From Oculina patagonica (Eukaryota): DNA of 64,000 nt. The stretch is taken from contig NC_135759.1 in assembly GCF_052425735.1 (NCBI RefSeq), forward strand, positions 16,554,001 to 16,618,000, given 5' to 3'. The notes under the pieces are model-generated. The model was not told the DNA's origin, did not search any database, and saw only the letters and a program-made list of their open reading frames with translations. Positions 35,123-47,500 of the stretch are shown here, piece by piece. Positions within the stretch are counted from its first letter, which is position 1, and every line of letters begins with the position of its first letter. A program made the translations under genes and the position numbers.

Positions 35123-38100
35123 ATGGGTTTTACGGAGTTGACGAATCCGCACAAAGCCAGTAATTTACCCGGGTTAGTAGGAGTCATTAATTGCCGATGT
35201 TATCTTAGTTTGGGACGATCTTTCGGCACAAAGTGGCTCATTTAGAGTGGTGACACTTTTGAATGGTAGTTTGTGTTGTAAATAGAAAGTACAACAAGTT
35301 CAACACAAATGTTAAACTTTAAAACAGTCGGTAACAAGAGCTATTGAATTTGTGCGCCTCAAATAAGAGAACGTTCACGGCATAAATTGATAAAGAAGCG
35401 TAAAAAATTAATCACCGTTTGGGGTAAATTATTGATTCGATAGTGTATGCCTTTTATGCAGGAGTCACATTTAATTCTTCGGTGAAGTAAGTCGCATGAT
35501 ATTTCACATTAGTCTTGAAAAAAAAAGTTTCGGAAGAGAAGAATAGAGACGCATTCAAAAATTAGAAAGGCGAAAACCAGCACTTCTTTAATAAGTAACC
35601 CATTTACAGTGACCGAGACGAATCAGTTAATTTTTATCAGAAACCAGGGAGATGCTGAGATGGGACCACCGGCTGAGATAGGTGATAATTAAGTTCCGAG
35701 TTTGAAGCCGACATTTGACTGTGAAGATCAAAAACATTTTGCGCCAAACTTTCTGGCCTTTTTTGCGCCGCTCTAAGTTATAACCAAATGATAATTTTTG
35801 CGCTAGTTAATCTTTAAAGTAATGCTCTCAAGTGCCTTGGAAACGCCATCTATCGGTTGCACACAGCAGCCTGTAAAGTGACTGAAGTCTTACCGGCAAA
35901 TTTAATTTTTACATTTTTTGTTGCATTCTTCTAGGTACCGAGGCTACTGTCCGCAGTTAAAATATGAATGTGGTCATACATATGGGATAGCAACGGACAA
36001 ACTCACTACAGTAAGTAAAATAAAATCGGAGTGATTTCTTTTAACAAAGTTCTCCGAACTGTATGAAACAAAAGAAACAGCTTGATTTATTGTGTGGCCA
36101 TGTATATATTTACTTCAAAAGTGTTTTCTATAAACATCATTTGCAGAACCTATATACGGCCATACGTACATTTCCTTTGTTTCACCGACGCGCGAATATA
36201 AAATTTTAAAAGAGCCGCTTTTTCAGTCAATGTGGATATCGCTAAATTTGTAGACGCTGAGGAGAAAGCTCAGTTTATTTTGATTGCTTCACCGTTCAAT
36301 TCAACTTTTTTTACTCTAAACGTATTTGGTATGAGTTTATAAAGTTTCAAGACTTAACTGAATATGCAAACACGTTTTTAGCACATGTTTAGTTCATTCA
36401 TTGTGTCATATACCGCTTGGTAGCTTTGTTCTCTTATTTTAATTTCAGTATATATACACAACTGGTTTAGAAGCTTATTTATTCTTTATTTCACCGCAGA
36501 GACACATGCGAAATGAAAAACTTGTTCCGATGACTTTGCCTGACCCGCGGGAAAGAGAACCATATCTACCACAGCCCAATGGGGACAACAAGCTGACGGC
36601 AGCCATGGTTCCATATTACACAGGTAGAGTATTGCAATACAAATACAATATCATTTCTATACACACTTAAAACTTCATTAAAACCCAGAGCATTTCTTTT
36701 GTACTGCTTTGCGTTTGTTCACGTTCTCCATTGTTAAGCCATTGTTTATTGAAAACCACTATTTCAAAAAGGCATTTACAACTCACTTTGGCCCCAAGTA
36801 TATCAAGTTGCTTTGGTTTGGTCTTCAGCCTTAACACAGAAAATAGACTTAGCCTTAACACAGAAAATAGACTTAGTACCGCTCGGTCGTTCCGTTCAGT
36901 GTATTTTCAATTCATGGAAGCCTATGACCGATATTCTGTTTTAAAGTTTCCTAAAGTGTTACAAGATGAAAGATTTCGGCTTTGAGCTTTAAAACTGGTT
37001 AAAGATTTGAAAGCTAGTGAAGTTCAGTAGTTCTCAAACGCAATTCTTGTATTCATTTGCCGTTTTTCTTTTCTCAGTTTTTAAAGGAGAAACAGGGTCA
37101 TTTTGGTAGCATTTTCATTGCGTGATATTGTTGGTACTTGAGTTGCTCAGTAATATCTGAGTTTCTCGGTTTGTTTTCTCGAATTTCCTTCAGTACACAA
37201 TGTTTTCCAACTCCTCGCTGTTATCAGTTACGCTTTCACATAAGCGTTCTCGACCCTGTTTACCCTTTAAAATAATCCCCAATTTCCGCGAATGAATTAA
37301 TAAAAAATAACATTTTTAAGCTTAGATATAGAAATTTGTTTTCCAACTTATGAGTCACCCCCACAGAGATAAGTCCTCGACAAACTTGATTATTTCAATA
37401 ATTTATTGTAAGTCACGTCCTGAGATCGTTCTGCACACATTTCTGCCATTTTTAATAGATCCTTAACTAATAAAGATTCGCTCATGTGTTTATAAGGATT
37501 TGTAAACTCAATTCGAAGCTTTAAAGTCTGGCAGTTGAAATCCTTATTTGAATTAAATAACACTCCATAAAATTGCCCTTCTAATCTTCACGTGAACGTG
37601 ATTGGTCACTGTGTGTATGTAGATGATTCTTCGTGAGAGAAAAAACTAAACCCGCAGCTTTCATCAACGAAGTTGCTGTTAGAAATGTGTTGGCGTTATG
37701 CTGTCGACAACTTTCGGAACATAGCCTCCGCGCTCCCTGTTTTCCCGCCTCACCGCCTTTACCGTCCGGCCGACCGGCGCCTGGGGACGAGGTAGGTCGG
37801 GAGGGCAGTCGGAAGTGTCTGTGTTGGAGTAAAAAAACTCACAACGATTTGGTAAAAACGACAAGCAAGGGAGCAGATGTTAGACAAGAGCTGCTAGTTT
37901 CTTTCCGTAGTTACAAATATTTTAAAACGGAAAACAAATAATGAGCATTGCCCAGGCCAATAAATGTGTGCATAAAGTAGTTAGAATAATCTGTGAACCT
38001 AACGAATCGTGGCAGGTTAAAAATTTGAATATTATTCTGCGGCTTAAAGGAAAACTTGCGTCTACTTGCGTCTCCGTTTGGCCAGGACTTGCGTGCACTT

Positions 38101-41100
38101 GCGTTGACTTGCATCACTTTGGTCGAGATCAAATTTGCACGCAAGTCAACGCCAGCAAGGTTTTCACCGTTTGGTCACCCAACGCAAGTCAACGCAAGTC
38201 TTGCTGTTTACTTCAAGTACTGAATTGCAGCGCGCGCAGTAGCATTGAAATGGTTTTTTTAACAACTTGCGTGCACTTGCAAGTAGACTTGAGAGTCCGC
38301 TTGGCCAGCCAACAAAAGTCTAGTGTTCGTAAGTTCAACTTGCAGTTACTTGCGTCCACTCTCGTTACCATTTGGCGAGTTCTTTATGATGTACGACAGC
38401 AAACAAAATAAAAAAACTATGATTACGAAGAAATTGTCACTCACTTATAGTTTTTTCATTTCTTTTTATCAGGTTATGTTCCAACAATGCGGTTTCTGTA
38501 CGGTTCCCGCTACAGAGAAGCAACAGAACAGGCCGTTAGCAACTTATGGAAAAAGGACAAGACTCACAGAGCAGAACAAGATGATCTGAAGAAAACTGTC
38601 TACAGTCATCCAAAACTAAGGCCTGTACCGAGTTACAAAGAGCCCACAAATTACCCTGATCTAGCACCAAAATACTCCAAAGGCTACTTCCCTAGTAAGT
38701 ATAAATTACAAACATGCAGTTATTAAGGGAGTATTTCACGGGGATTTCGGATGATTGGCCTAAACTGTTCTGAAATAGTGGGATGCTATTATAATTAAAA
38801 CTTAATTTTCTGATGAAATCAAGCTACGGTATAAATATGTTTTTTTTTGGTTTTTGGAAATTTTTTTTTTTTTTTTTTTGTTTTTTTGGGTATAAAAATT
38901 TAAAAAATTTTTTTTTTTTTCCCACAATATTTTTTTTTTTTTAAAAAATTTTATAATATTTTTTTTACCACTCTTTTATAAAGGGGAAAAAAAAAAAAAA
39001 TGCATTTCCAAATATCTCTTTGGACTTTCCAAATACTCTTCTAGCTATAAAAGATGTTGAATGGTAAAGATATGTTGCGCGTACTATTTATTAGCATCAA
39101 TATAATTGTAATGAAAACTCGCTGAAACATGGAATGTTTTTATTGTTACACAGGTGAACATCGTGAATTCTGTGAAGCACCCTTACCAGGCTACACGGGT
39201 TACGTACCGCGGAGACGAGAACATGACCTGGGTACTAGATACGCTACCTGGACAAAGGACGGCTTCACGGACTCCCTTGAAATGCGCAATAAACAGGAGG
39301 GCCTGGCTACTCAGGCTATTGACGTCACTAGGCAAGTTTAAATCAGCTAGAATAGTAATAACTTTTAACGTCACTGAAAATGCACCATGCCTTGTAGTTG
39401 GAATGGAAGGACATTTGAGGTTGCTTGCGTACTTTGATAAAACGATAACTGACTTAGGAATGAACGTTTATTCGTTTGTCTCACGATCGCTTTGAGATGT
39501 TGATCGCGACGTTTCGACTGCAATACCTGCTAGTCTTCATCAGGCGATGAGATCGATTGTTTGCGCGTCGCTTTTTTATGCACGTTGGTTCGTCGACGCG
39601 CAAACAATCGACCTCATCGCCTGATGAAGACTAGCAGTATTGCAGTTGAAACGTCGCTATCAACATCTCAAAGCGATTCTACCGTGAGACAAACAAATAA
39701 ACGTTCATTCCTATCTTACACCACGATGAACAATATTCACATCTTTAATGACAATGATAAACTTAAAAAATCTCTTTTTTCAGGTTGCCAGAGGCGACTG
39801 TTAAACCGCTGATCGCAGAGCACGGAACGTTGTACAAGAAGTTAGGAATGAAACCAAAATACACAGGATATATACCACGTAAGTAAACACTTGTCACTTC
39901 ATGTCGCTGTGGCTGACGAAGTGCACTAACACTCAAAAAGTGACCAAAAGTCCGTTCGAAGGGCCAAGGGCTCCAAACAAAACCTCCCCCGGCTCTGGGA
40001 TCTTTTTTCTCAAGTTTATTCTTACATATCCGTCTCTATATCCTTTCTAACTTTTTGGCTTATTTACCCCTTTAATGTTATACCCTAGTAAATCATTAAT
40101 TTTCAGTACAGTTTCGTTCAATTTGAAGGTAGCTTAGTGCATCACGTTTGGGACTTAATATACCAGAACACAATTCGCCGGATTAAATGATCTGAAACCA
40201 AAACGAAAGTAAACACTCTGGCCAATCACAAAGGATACAGACAATACAGTGATCCAATAAAAGCTAGAAACAAATACGTGTAGCCGCGCAAAACGCGGGA
40301 AAACGCGTTTTGCGTTTTCCAAAACCAAATCCAAAACCTATCGCGAGTAAAACCAAAACCAATCGCGAACGAGTCGCGATTGTTTTTGGTTTTACTAATG
40401 ATTGGTTGAGAAAGTGGCATAAGCTTTTTAAACCAATCAATAGGAGTAAGGCAAAACCAAAGCAAACGCGAATTGTTTTGGACACTCAAGTGAAAATCGC
40501 TCTAACTTCTTGAACACCATTTGCTTCCTTTAGCTTACATTCCCCTTAAGCTGCAATGGATGTGCATTAACAAATTAAGTAGCTAGTTATTTATTTATTT
40601 ATTTAGAGACTATGTCACCGTGTTAAACAGTTTTTTGAACAGCCAAAATTTTTATTTGTGACGCAGAAAAGATAAAAATAATGGTCTATTTTTTTTAACA
40701 ATTGCGATATTAAAGCACTGAAATTTTTACAAGCGTGTTTGGGTGGGGACGGCTAGGGGGGGAAGGGATGCAACTAAAAAATGAGCTAACTTTTTATTTT
40801 TTCCCCCCGCGCCTCAAAAAAAAAAAAAAAATTTTTTTAACAATTTTTTTTTTCTAACCAAAAAGGTTATATCTTCCTTTAGATGTCCAAAGATAATGTT
40901 TTTCATGTGAAAAGTTCCCTACCACTAATGTCAGAACATTTAAGACCACAAATCGGCAAATTCCTCCTTGACATTACTCCTGTAATCATTACATCTTTAC
41001 TCTACAGAGCGACGGTTCAGATTCGGCAACACATATGGAGATACCACACGCTCGTTACCAGTCTGTGTGGACACATTTGGATATTCAAGTGGAAAATACA

Positions 41101-41120
41101 TCACAACGCCTGTCATGTGA
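35123..41120 (+). CDS. FAM166B: FAM166/CIMIP2-family ciliary microtubule inner protein (~285 aa)
   Basis: Exons 35123-35172, 35935-36010, 36500-36623, 38473-38694, 39154-39331 (GC donor), 39784-39878, 41008-41120; 858 nt, open frame. Four family repeats: LPGYRGYCPQLKYECGHTYG, VPYYTGYVPTMRFLYGSRY, LPGYTGYVPRRREHDLGTRY, KPKYTGYIPQRRFRFGNTYG. Paralog assignment within the family is uncertain. Confidence 0.88.
38044..38375. repeat. Interspersed repeat with multiple acttgcgt / acgcaagt motifs
   Basis: Recurrent acttgcg motif in both orientations. Confidence 0.55.
39455..39713. mobile_element. Palindromic Penelope-like terminal-repeat remnant with two inverted hammerhead motifs
   Basis: Arms of ~118 bp. 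Minus-strand motif 39548-39503: ATCGC-CTGATGA-a-GACT(agcaggtattgc)AGTC-GAAACGTC-GCGAT. Plus-strand copy at 39616-39660. Confidence 0.8.
40180..40505. repeat. Interspersed repeat, same family as 15105-15375
   Basis: Shared motifs; ends cactcaagtgaaaatcgctcta. Confidence 0.5.
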
Positions 41121-43880
41121 TGGGGCTTTACAGAGTGCCATGATAAAGGCCTCTTTTATTAAGTACTATTTGTTACACATTACAAGGAATTACACCAAAC
41201 AAGACCAACTCACTCAAGCCCTATTTACTAGCAATAGTATTTATTTTGAAATTATGTTTTGGCTTGAAAATTTACCATAGTCTGATAGTTTATATTTGTG
41301 AAAAAAAATCCTTTTTCCTCTTTTACTGAATGCAAATAATTTTATTTAAAGACGTAGATGTAGAATTATTTATAATGAATACGATACTTTTTCAAAATAC
41401 TTTGTCTTTTCTTACAGAGATTGTCATAACCCGAAGTTTCTTCTGTTTATGACCCCAGGGGGGCCCCGGCTTTTTATGGGGTTTTTAATTGCTTGCCGAA
41501 TATTTTGGCTTGGAAAAGTTGTGCAAAGATTTTTTTGGGATAATTTGATAGAGGATTTTTTTGTGTTTTATAATTTTTTTTTGGGGGTTGGTTTTTTTTG
41601 GTTTTTTTTTTTTTTTTTTTTTTTTTTTGTTTTTTTTTTTTTTTGTTTTTTTGTTTCCCCCCCCCGTTATATTTAATAAGATTGCCAGGTCAAATATTGC
41701 TCAATAGCTTTCATTTGAATGATCACACTTCAGGGTTTCGTCAAGATACTTTAAATTTAGAGCCCTCTTGTCCCTCTAGACGTTAATACCAGCTGAAGGA
41801 CGCCTTCAATGACAATAGCATTCATTTGAATGGTCAACATAAATTTTCAACGACAGAGTTAAATCACACGAGTTTGACTCGGGGAGTTAGAAAGGCTTAA
41901 AAGGTAAAAGCGTTTGTAAGGATTGATTATCAATGGTCCGTTATTGTAAATATTTTACCAATCATGAATTCACAACGGCTGTGACCGTGTTGGCACGGTT
42001 ACCATCGCCGGCTTCCATCGCCGTCTCAAACTCGACAAAACTCTAGCAATAAAATGACTATTCAAGAGAGATAAAACCTCAAACAACTTATTAGATAGAT
42101 TATTGTTAATCGCCTTTCGAAAAGCTTACCCCTAAAGGTTTGCTTGGACTAAGCTTTAACCCAATACGAGCTCGAGTCAATTAAACTAGTTTAAACCAGT
42201 TTAGCTGACAGGTTAAGCCGGTAGACATACACACGGCCAAGTCTTGCTTCGTTCAAGGGGTTACTTACCATCTAGGTCGCAGCCAGTTTTTTAAAGCATT
42301 TTTACAAAAATATTTAACTCAAATCACTGTGTGGCAGCCAGTAAATACAATATTTTAGTCTTGTGCTAAATTAAAGTTAAATTTCATCAAGATGAGTGTT
42401 TTTATAAGTGTGATACTAAAGAAGAGTGCTGATAAATGTAATTAAAAATCCACAAAGGCTTATTTTAATTAGATATGAATACTGTTTGCATCATGATAAA
42501 ACAATTTTTCTATGTTGTTGCGATTGTGTTTAGAAGCTCGGTGTCTTGCCTGATGGGATGGGGAATCGGTGTATTGCTAGAAAGCAACTTTCCAACACTT
42601 AAATACTTTGATAAATCTATACTCTGGATACTATAACTCTTTATCAGATGATGCTACAATACAAAATGGTGACAAACCAATGCCTGTGTTAAAATGTTAA
42701 GATGCAACTTTTTGCAAAGGTAGAGAATTTAGTATTCTTAAAGAAATCTGTAAAGTGCCAGGCACTCACGCGTAGAAGGACTGGACTCTTATAGTAACGT
42801 CCCGTGACGTAAGCTGAAAACCATTTGCTCATGTTGTGTGCTCGAGCGAGCGAGCGAACGAGTTAAAAATTAGTTTAAGAGCTGAGTTTATGCTGATAAA
42901 ATACACTGGAAAAACTTAACAGTGTGCGGATTTCCTGTTAATTAACTTTTTGTTAGGAAGTTAAGCAAAATTCTTTGAGGAGTGGCGTCAAGTGTACCTG
43001 GTGAAGTAATCTAAATTTTAAGAGCGGTTACTGAAGCTTCTTCTAATATATATATTTTGGAAGGTTGCGCAACTATTGTACCCTCCCCCTGCAGATCACA
43101 GCTGATAATAAGGAGATTAATAGAAGCAGACGTTATGATTTTATCAGTGCATTCGTAAAATTTTAAGTGATTTCGTTGGTTTTGAGAGAGGACATGAGAG
43201 TCTGAGATGCCTTTTGTATACCTTTTACTTTAGATCGGGACGGAGAACCATTGTTGAGTATCTTTTTAGAAATGAACTGAAAGGCAACGGAATCCTCTGC
43301 GGATGATAGGGATTACTTGTCTTAATGTTCTTAGGCGATGATGTAGACCTCGGCATGCAAATATACAACAAACAGACCATTTATCGTTTTCTACTTTATA
43401 TCACTTAAATAACCAACAGCTAAATATAAAATAAATAAATAGATGCACTTTGTGCCAAATTACATAAAAGAATCAATGCTGAATCATCGATAATCTGAAT
43501 GCGGTAAAATCATTCCTTATTGCTTTTTTGTTGAAGATCTTTTTCACGAAACAGAGAAATGTTTATATATCAGTATGTTTCTTGCAAGAAAAAATTTCCT
43601 CCATGTCAAAGATGCATATTTTTTTACGTGAGTAATGGGTTCAACTTTTTTTTCGCAGAAACAAGCTGTTTTTGATTTTAAAGTCAGTTAAAACGTTCGT
43701 TCCGTGCACATAGAAATTGCAATGACTGAATCACTGGAAATCCAGCAATAAAAGAAAAAGAGAAAAGCGAGGTAAGAGTGTCTTCCTAATTGTCAGTATT
43801 TGTTTGGACACCTGTAATTCTGGAATTTACCATCTTGCCTTATCGCAAGGTACAGGTGGTCGCCCGTTAGACAAGCCTAA

Positions 43881-44110
43881 GGGACGGACCATTATTTTTT
43901 TTGGGGGGGGGGGGGGGGGGATTGGACAATTACCAAAACAAAATTCCTGCACAGAAAAAACGGCTGAAAAAAAAATCGTGCAAGGAGAGCCATGAGAAAA
44001 AAAATAAGAAACATTTTGAAAGAAATTCTTGCACAACCTGAAGGTGGCAAAAAATATCTAGCCCGGAAAAATAGCCCATTCCACCCCTCCAAAAAATAAT
44101 GGTCCATCCC
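43881..44110. mobile_element. PIF/Harbinger-like MITE
   Basis: taa|gggacggaccattattttt ... aaaaataatggtccatccc|taa; 3-bp TAA TSD. Confidence 0.8.
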
Positions 44111-44590
44111 TAACTTACAGAATTTGTTGGTTGCTATGGAAATCATGGCGCCTGCGCAATGGGGATGCCAGCCCATGTCACATTATGTCTCCTCCGGTCA
44201 CTATATAAACGTATTAATAAAACCTCAACTCGCAGAGTACTTACATATCATTTTAAGTAATTATTGTCTTTTGCTTGATTAGAAATCTCAATGAACTTAA
44301 ACACTATGTAAAACTTCGCCCTTGTGGACTAGGAATAAGTTTCTAAAGGGTCTGTTGGGCTGCGTCAGATGTCAATCAAATCAGCTTACACCTTATAAGC
44401 TTGATGCAAATCTTCTTTGTATAAGTTACTACTATTATAGCTGGACAGCTATCGAACAGCTCTATATCTTTCTTTTCTTCATACATCGAAGCAACGCTCC
44501 AGTTTTGTTCTCTCCTATCTTGTTCACGAATGCGTACTCCACCATCTGATTGTTTTACCTATAAGTTAATGCAGGACTTTAGCTGCCCAT

Positions 44591-47500
44591 TTATATACGT
44601 GCTGCTAAAAACGTGAATTGGGACGCGTGCATTCCCGCTGTTGAACGATCAATTCTTCTAAACTTGCCATTGTCTTTAATAGCGAGAAATCCCGTGTTGT
44701 TAAGATGCTTTTGAAAATTTAGCGCCCTGTAAGTTAAATAGCCATTCTCTTCCATGTGTTCCATAAACAAAGAGTCGGTTGCGAGGTGCTTCTGAAAGGA
44801 TAGAAAAACTCAATTAATAAACAAAATTACAAAAACGTATCACAAAAACTTCAAAGATGTCACAATATTTTAAGTCTTTTTCTCGTGTACAAAATCACTT
44901 TCAAATTCAAGGAACTTCCCGTAAAGTAGTTTTCTTGTGCAAATAAAGTATCTTGCTGATGAACACGAAACAGTACATTTTCTTGGCCCCTTTCTCTTAG
45001 CCGGCTTAGCCTTGGCACGAGAAAACAAAGGGCTCTGGGCGCACAGGATTTTCAGTCCTAGATTGATTCTAGGACTTCTGGTCTTCATGTATGCAGTCAT
45101 GATGTTTCAAAAGAATGTATGAGAGAGTCGTTACGTTTTTGACTTCCGTTCAGGAATTTTTTTGTTCCAAACAGCCATTCAAAAAAAATTCGAATTAATT
45201 TCCAGAGCCCTTTATTTTTTTCGTGCCGAGGCCCAGTCGGCTAAGAGAAACGAAAGGGCTATGGGGACGAGGAATGGAAGCCAGGATTCGAATTCAGACC
45301 TCTGAATCGCGTTCGACACAGGCTCTAACCATTAGGGCACCGCGCCTCCCACTTCAACGCTATGTATTTGTCCAGGAGCCCAGGAGAGCGAAGCGAGCAA
45401 CTCTCATACTATACGCCTATGTCAAGCTGTTTTGACAGACCGGTTTATTTCTAGATTCTCTTTACGGTTTATTGATTCGGCAACAAGCATCACTTGCTGC
45501 TATTACTGAAGTGGGAAAATACTTACTACTCCAATAAATTTTCCTCTTCTTTTATCTCTTATTTCACATGCTAAGAAATGTTTGCTCTGGAGTCCTTTAA
45601 TCCTTTTCAGTGTTTTGTTGTAGCTTTGCATTTCAATTTTAGCTAAAGGATGAAAAGAAGACAGGACAAACTTGTGAGTGCACTGATTAACTGTAAAATA
45701 ATTCAATGTCTCTTCTATTAAACATCAAATATCCATTAAACTGAACTATTGGCGGGTTTGTTAAATACTTTTCGGCCATCGTGAAAATCGCGCGCGCCCT
45801 TCCGGAGGCCTTCTATCGATCGATAATTGATGACATGGTGTAGTCAAGCAGATTGCGCGTTTGCTAGCAGGCAGTCACTGGTTAGTCTAGACAAGACTAA
45901 CATAACTCCCTTGCTGACTAATGGGAAGCTAGCAATCTGATTGGTTAAGCAGGCAACTACTTTCGATCGGTAGAAAGCCATAAGAGGGCACGCGCGGTTT
46001 TCCGAACATTTGAACAGAAACAAAACCTTCAATAGGTCCGTTTTTTGTCCCACGCTAGTGACAACGTACGAAAATCAGACCTTTCTCATTTCATTTATCT
46101 CCACGAAGGACGATTTCGATATTGCTGATCCTAGCAGGACGCGTGTCACACACGCTCGCCATGCACGAGTCTCCCTAACCAGTGCGTGAGAATTCGGGGA
46201 CTCAGATTTGCTCGCGACACCAGAAATTTTTGTCGATATCCGATGTTTAATAAATCAGTCTCTGGGTTATGCTAAAACAACAAGACTGTTTGCCCACAGT
46301 TTATATAGCGGAGGTCCCCATCGGTCCGAAGGGCCGCAGAGCGGAGCCCCATAACCATGGAAAAAGCACAATCTTGCATGCATAAAAATAGGAAACCCAT
46401 GCATTTGAATTTTTATGGTCTTGGTGGTTAGCGGCATTGCTCACAGGCGCGAACGTACGTACCTACGTCGCAACAAGGCGGCCATTCTCTAGCTATAGAC
46501 ATACTGCTTGGCATACTGAAAAACGAAAGGTTAACGATATTGAACATCCAATTAACAGCTGTCAAAACAAGGTATCCGCTGACCAGTATCACATGACCAT
46601 ACCGCAGGCTCAGGTGTAGAACCCCATCGAGGTCGCGTGTTAGGTAATCGTTTTGGCATTGGATCGCGGGCTCAAACCTAGGGGTTTTTTGTCTTTGGTC
46701 AGTAAATTTAGTTTTACATTAAGAGCAGAGTGAATAATCGGGAAGCTCCGCTTCTAGGCTTGGCTAAATCTATTTATATCTACTTTAATAGTTTACTTGG
46801 GGCTCCCATCTCGCCAACCATCAGCTGACAGAAACTTTGAGCTTACAGTCTTATACCTAAAAGTCAAGAAGTTGAGTTGTGCATCACGTGGTTGGGTGGT
46901 ATCTTTATCGTCCTCTTGGAAACAATAAGCATCATGTATCCAACCTCGTTCCCAGGGTCTACTCCGCTTTTAAGATGGCGGCTGGGTGCGGAGAATTTCG
47001 CGGGGGGGGGGGCGATACGCGGGGGGGTCCGCGGGGAGTCTACCACCATTTTGAAAAACGTCGCTGAGAAGACCCTGTGGACGAGGTTGTCATGTATCAG
47101 TTAATTTACTTACTGTATATCGACGAATTGTTCAGCGTCGCTTGAATAGTTCCATTTTTTAAAATTTCCAGGAAATACCCAGTTCTAGAGAGTAACTGTC
47201 CCTTGAGTCTCAGCGTAGGATGTGTGAAAACTTTATCTAGATCATTAGAGTTATGAAAATGTCTTGGTACTCGATCTCTTGAGGATCTGGAGTTTGTTGT
47301 GACAGGTATCCCTTGTACTATACTCGAAGAGGTACAGGACAACACGAAGTATATAAAAACAATCTGTTGGATAAAGAAACACTCTCATCAGTTCTTGCCT
47401 TGACTTGGTAAATTACGCGCCGTTTTCGATGAGAGGCTGAAATTTCGAAGGTTGGCTTTCGACCTAGCAACTGGTTTGTCAATTAGAGACCATTTTGCAA

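Noticed and set aside
35660-35681. ATG GGA CCA... as FAM166 exon 1
   Set aside because: Its phase 1 donor puts exon 2 out of frame; 35123-35172 gives the correct phase and the family LPGY motif.
38835-39000. Poly-T/poly-A rich tracts (also 34710-34760, 40740-40860, 41450-41670)
   Set aside because: They look like low-quality read or assembly degradation of known repeats; the Phe-rich ORFs there are artefacts.
44952-44980. Hammerhead-like ctgatgaacacgaaac
   Set aside because: No stem II or cleavage triplet can be formed.
47364-47388. ATG at 47388 (MRVF...) as the FGF start with a 1-nt frameshift
   Set aside because: A pyrimidine tract plus cag at 47364 and the in-phase upstream exon 49079-49050 explain the signal peptide without a frameshift.
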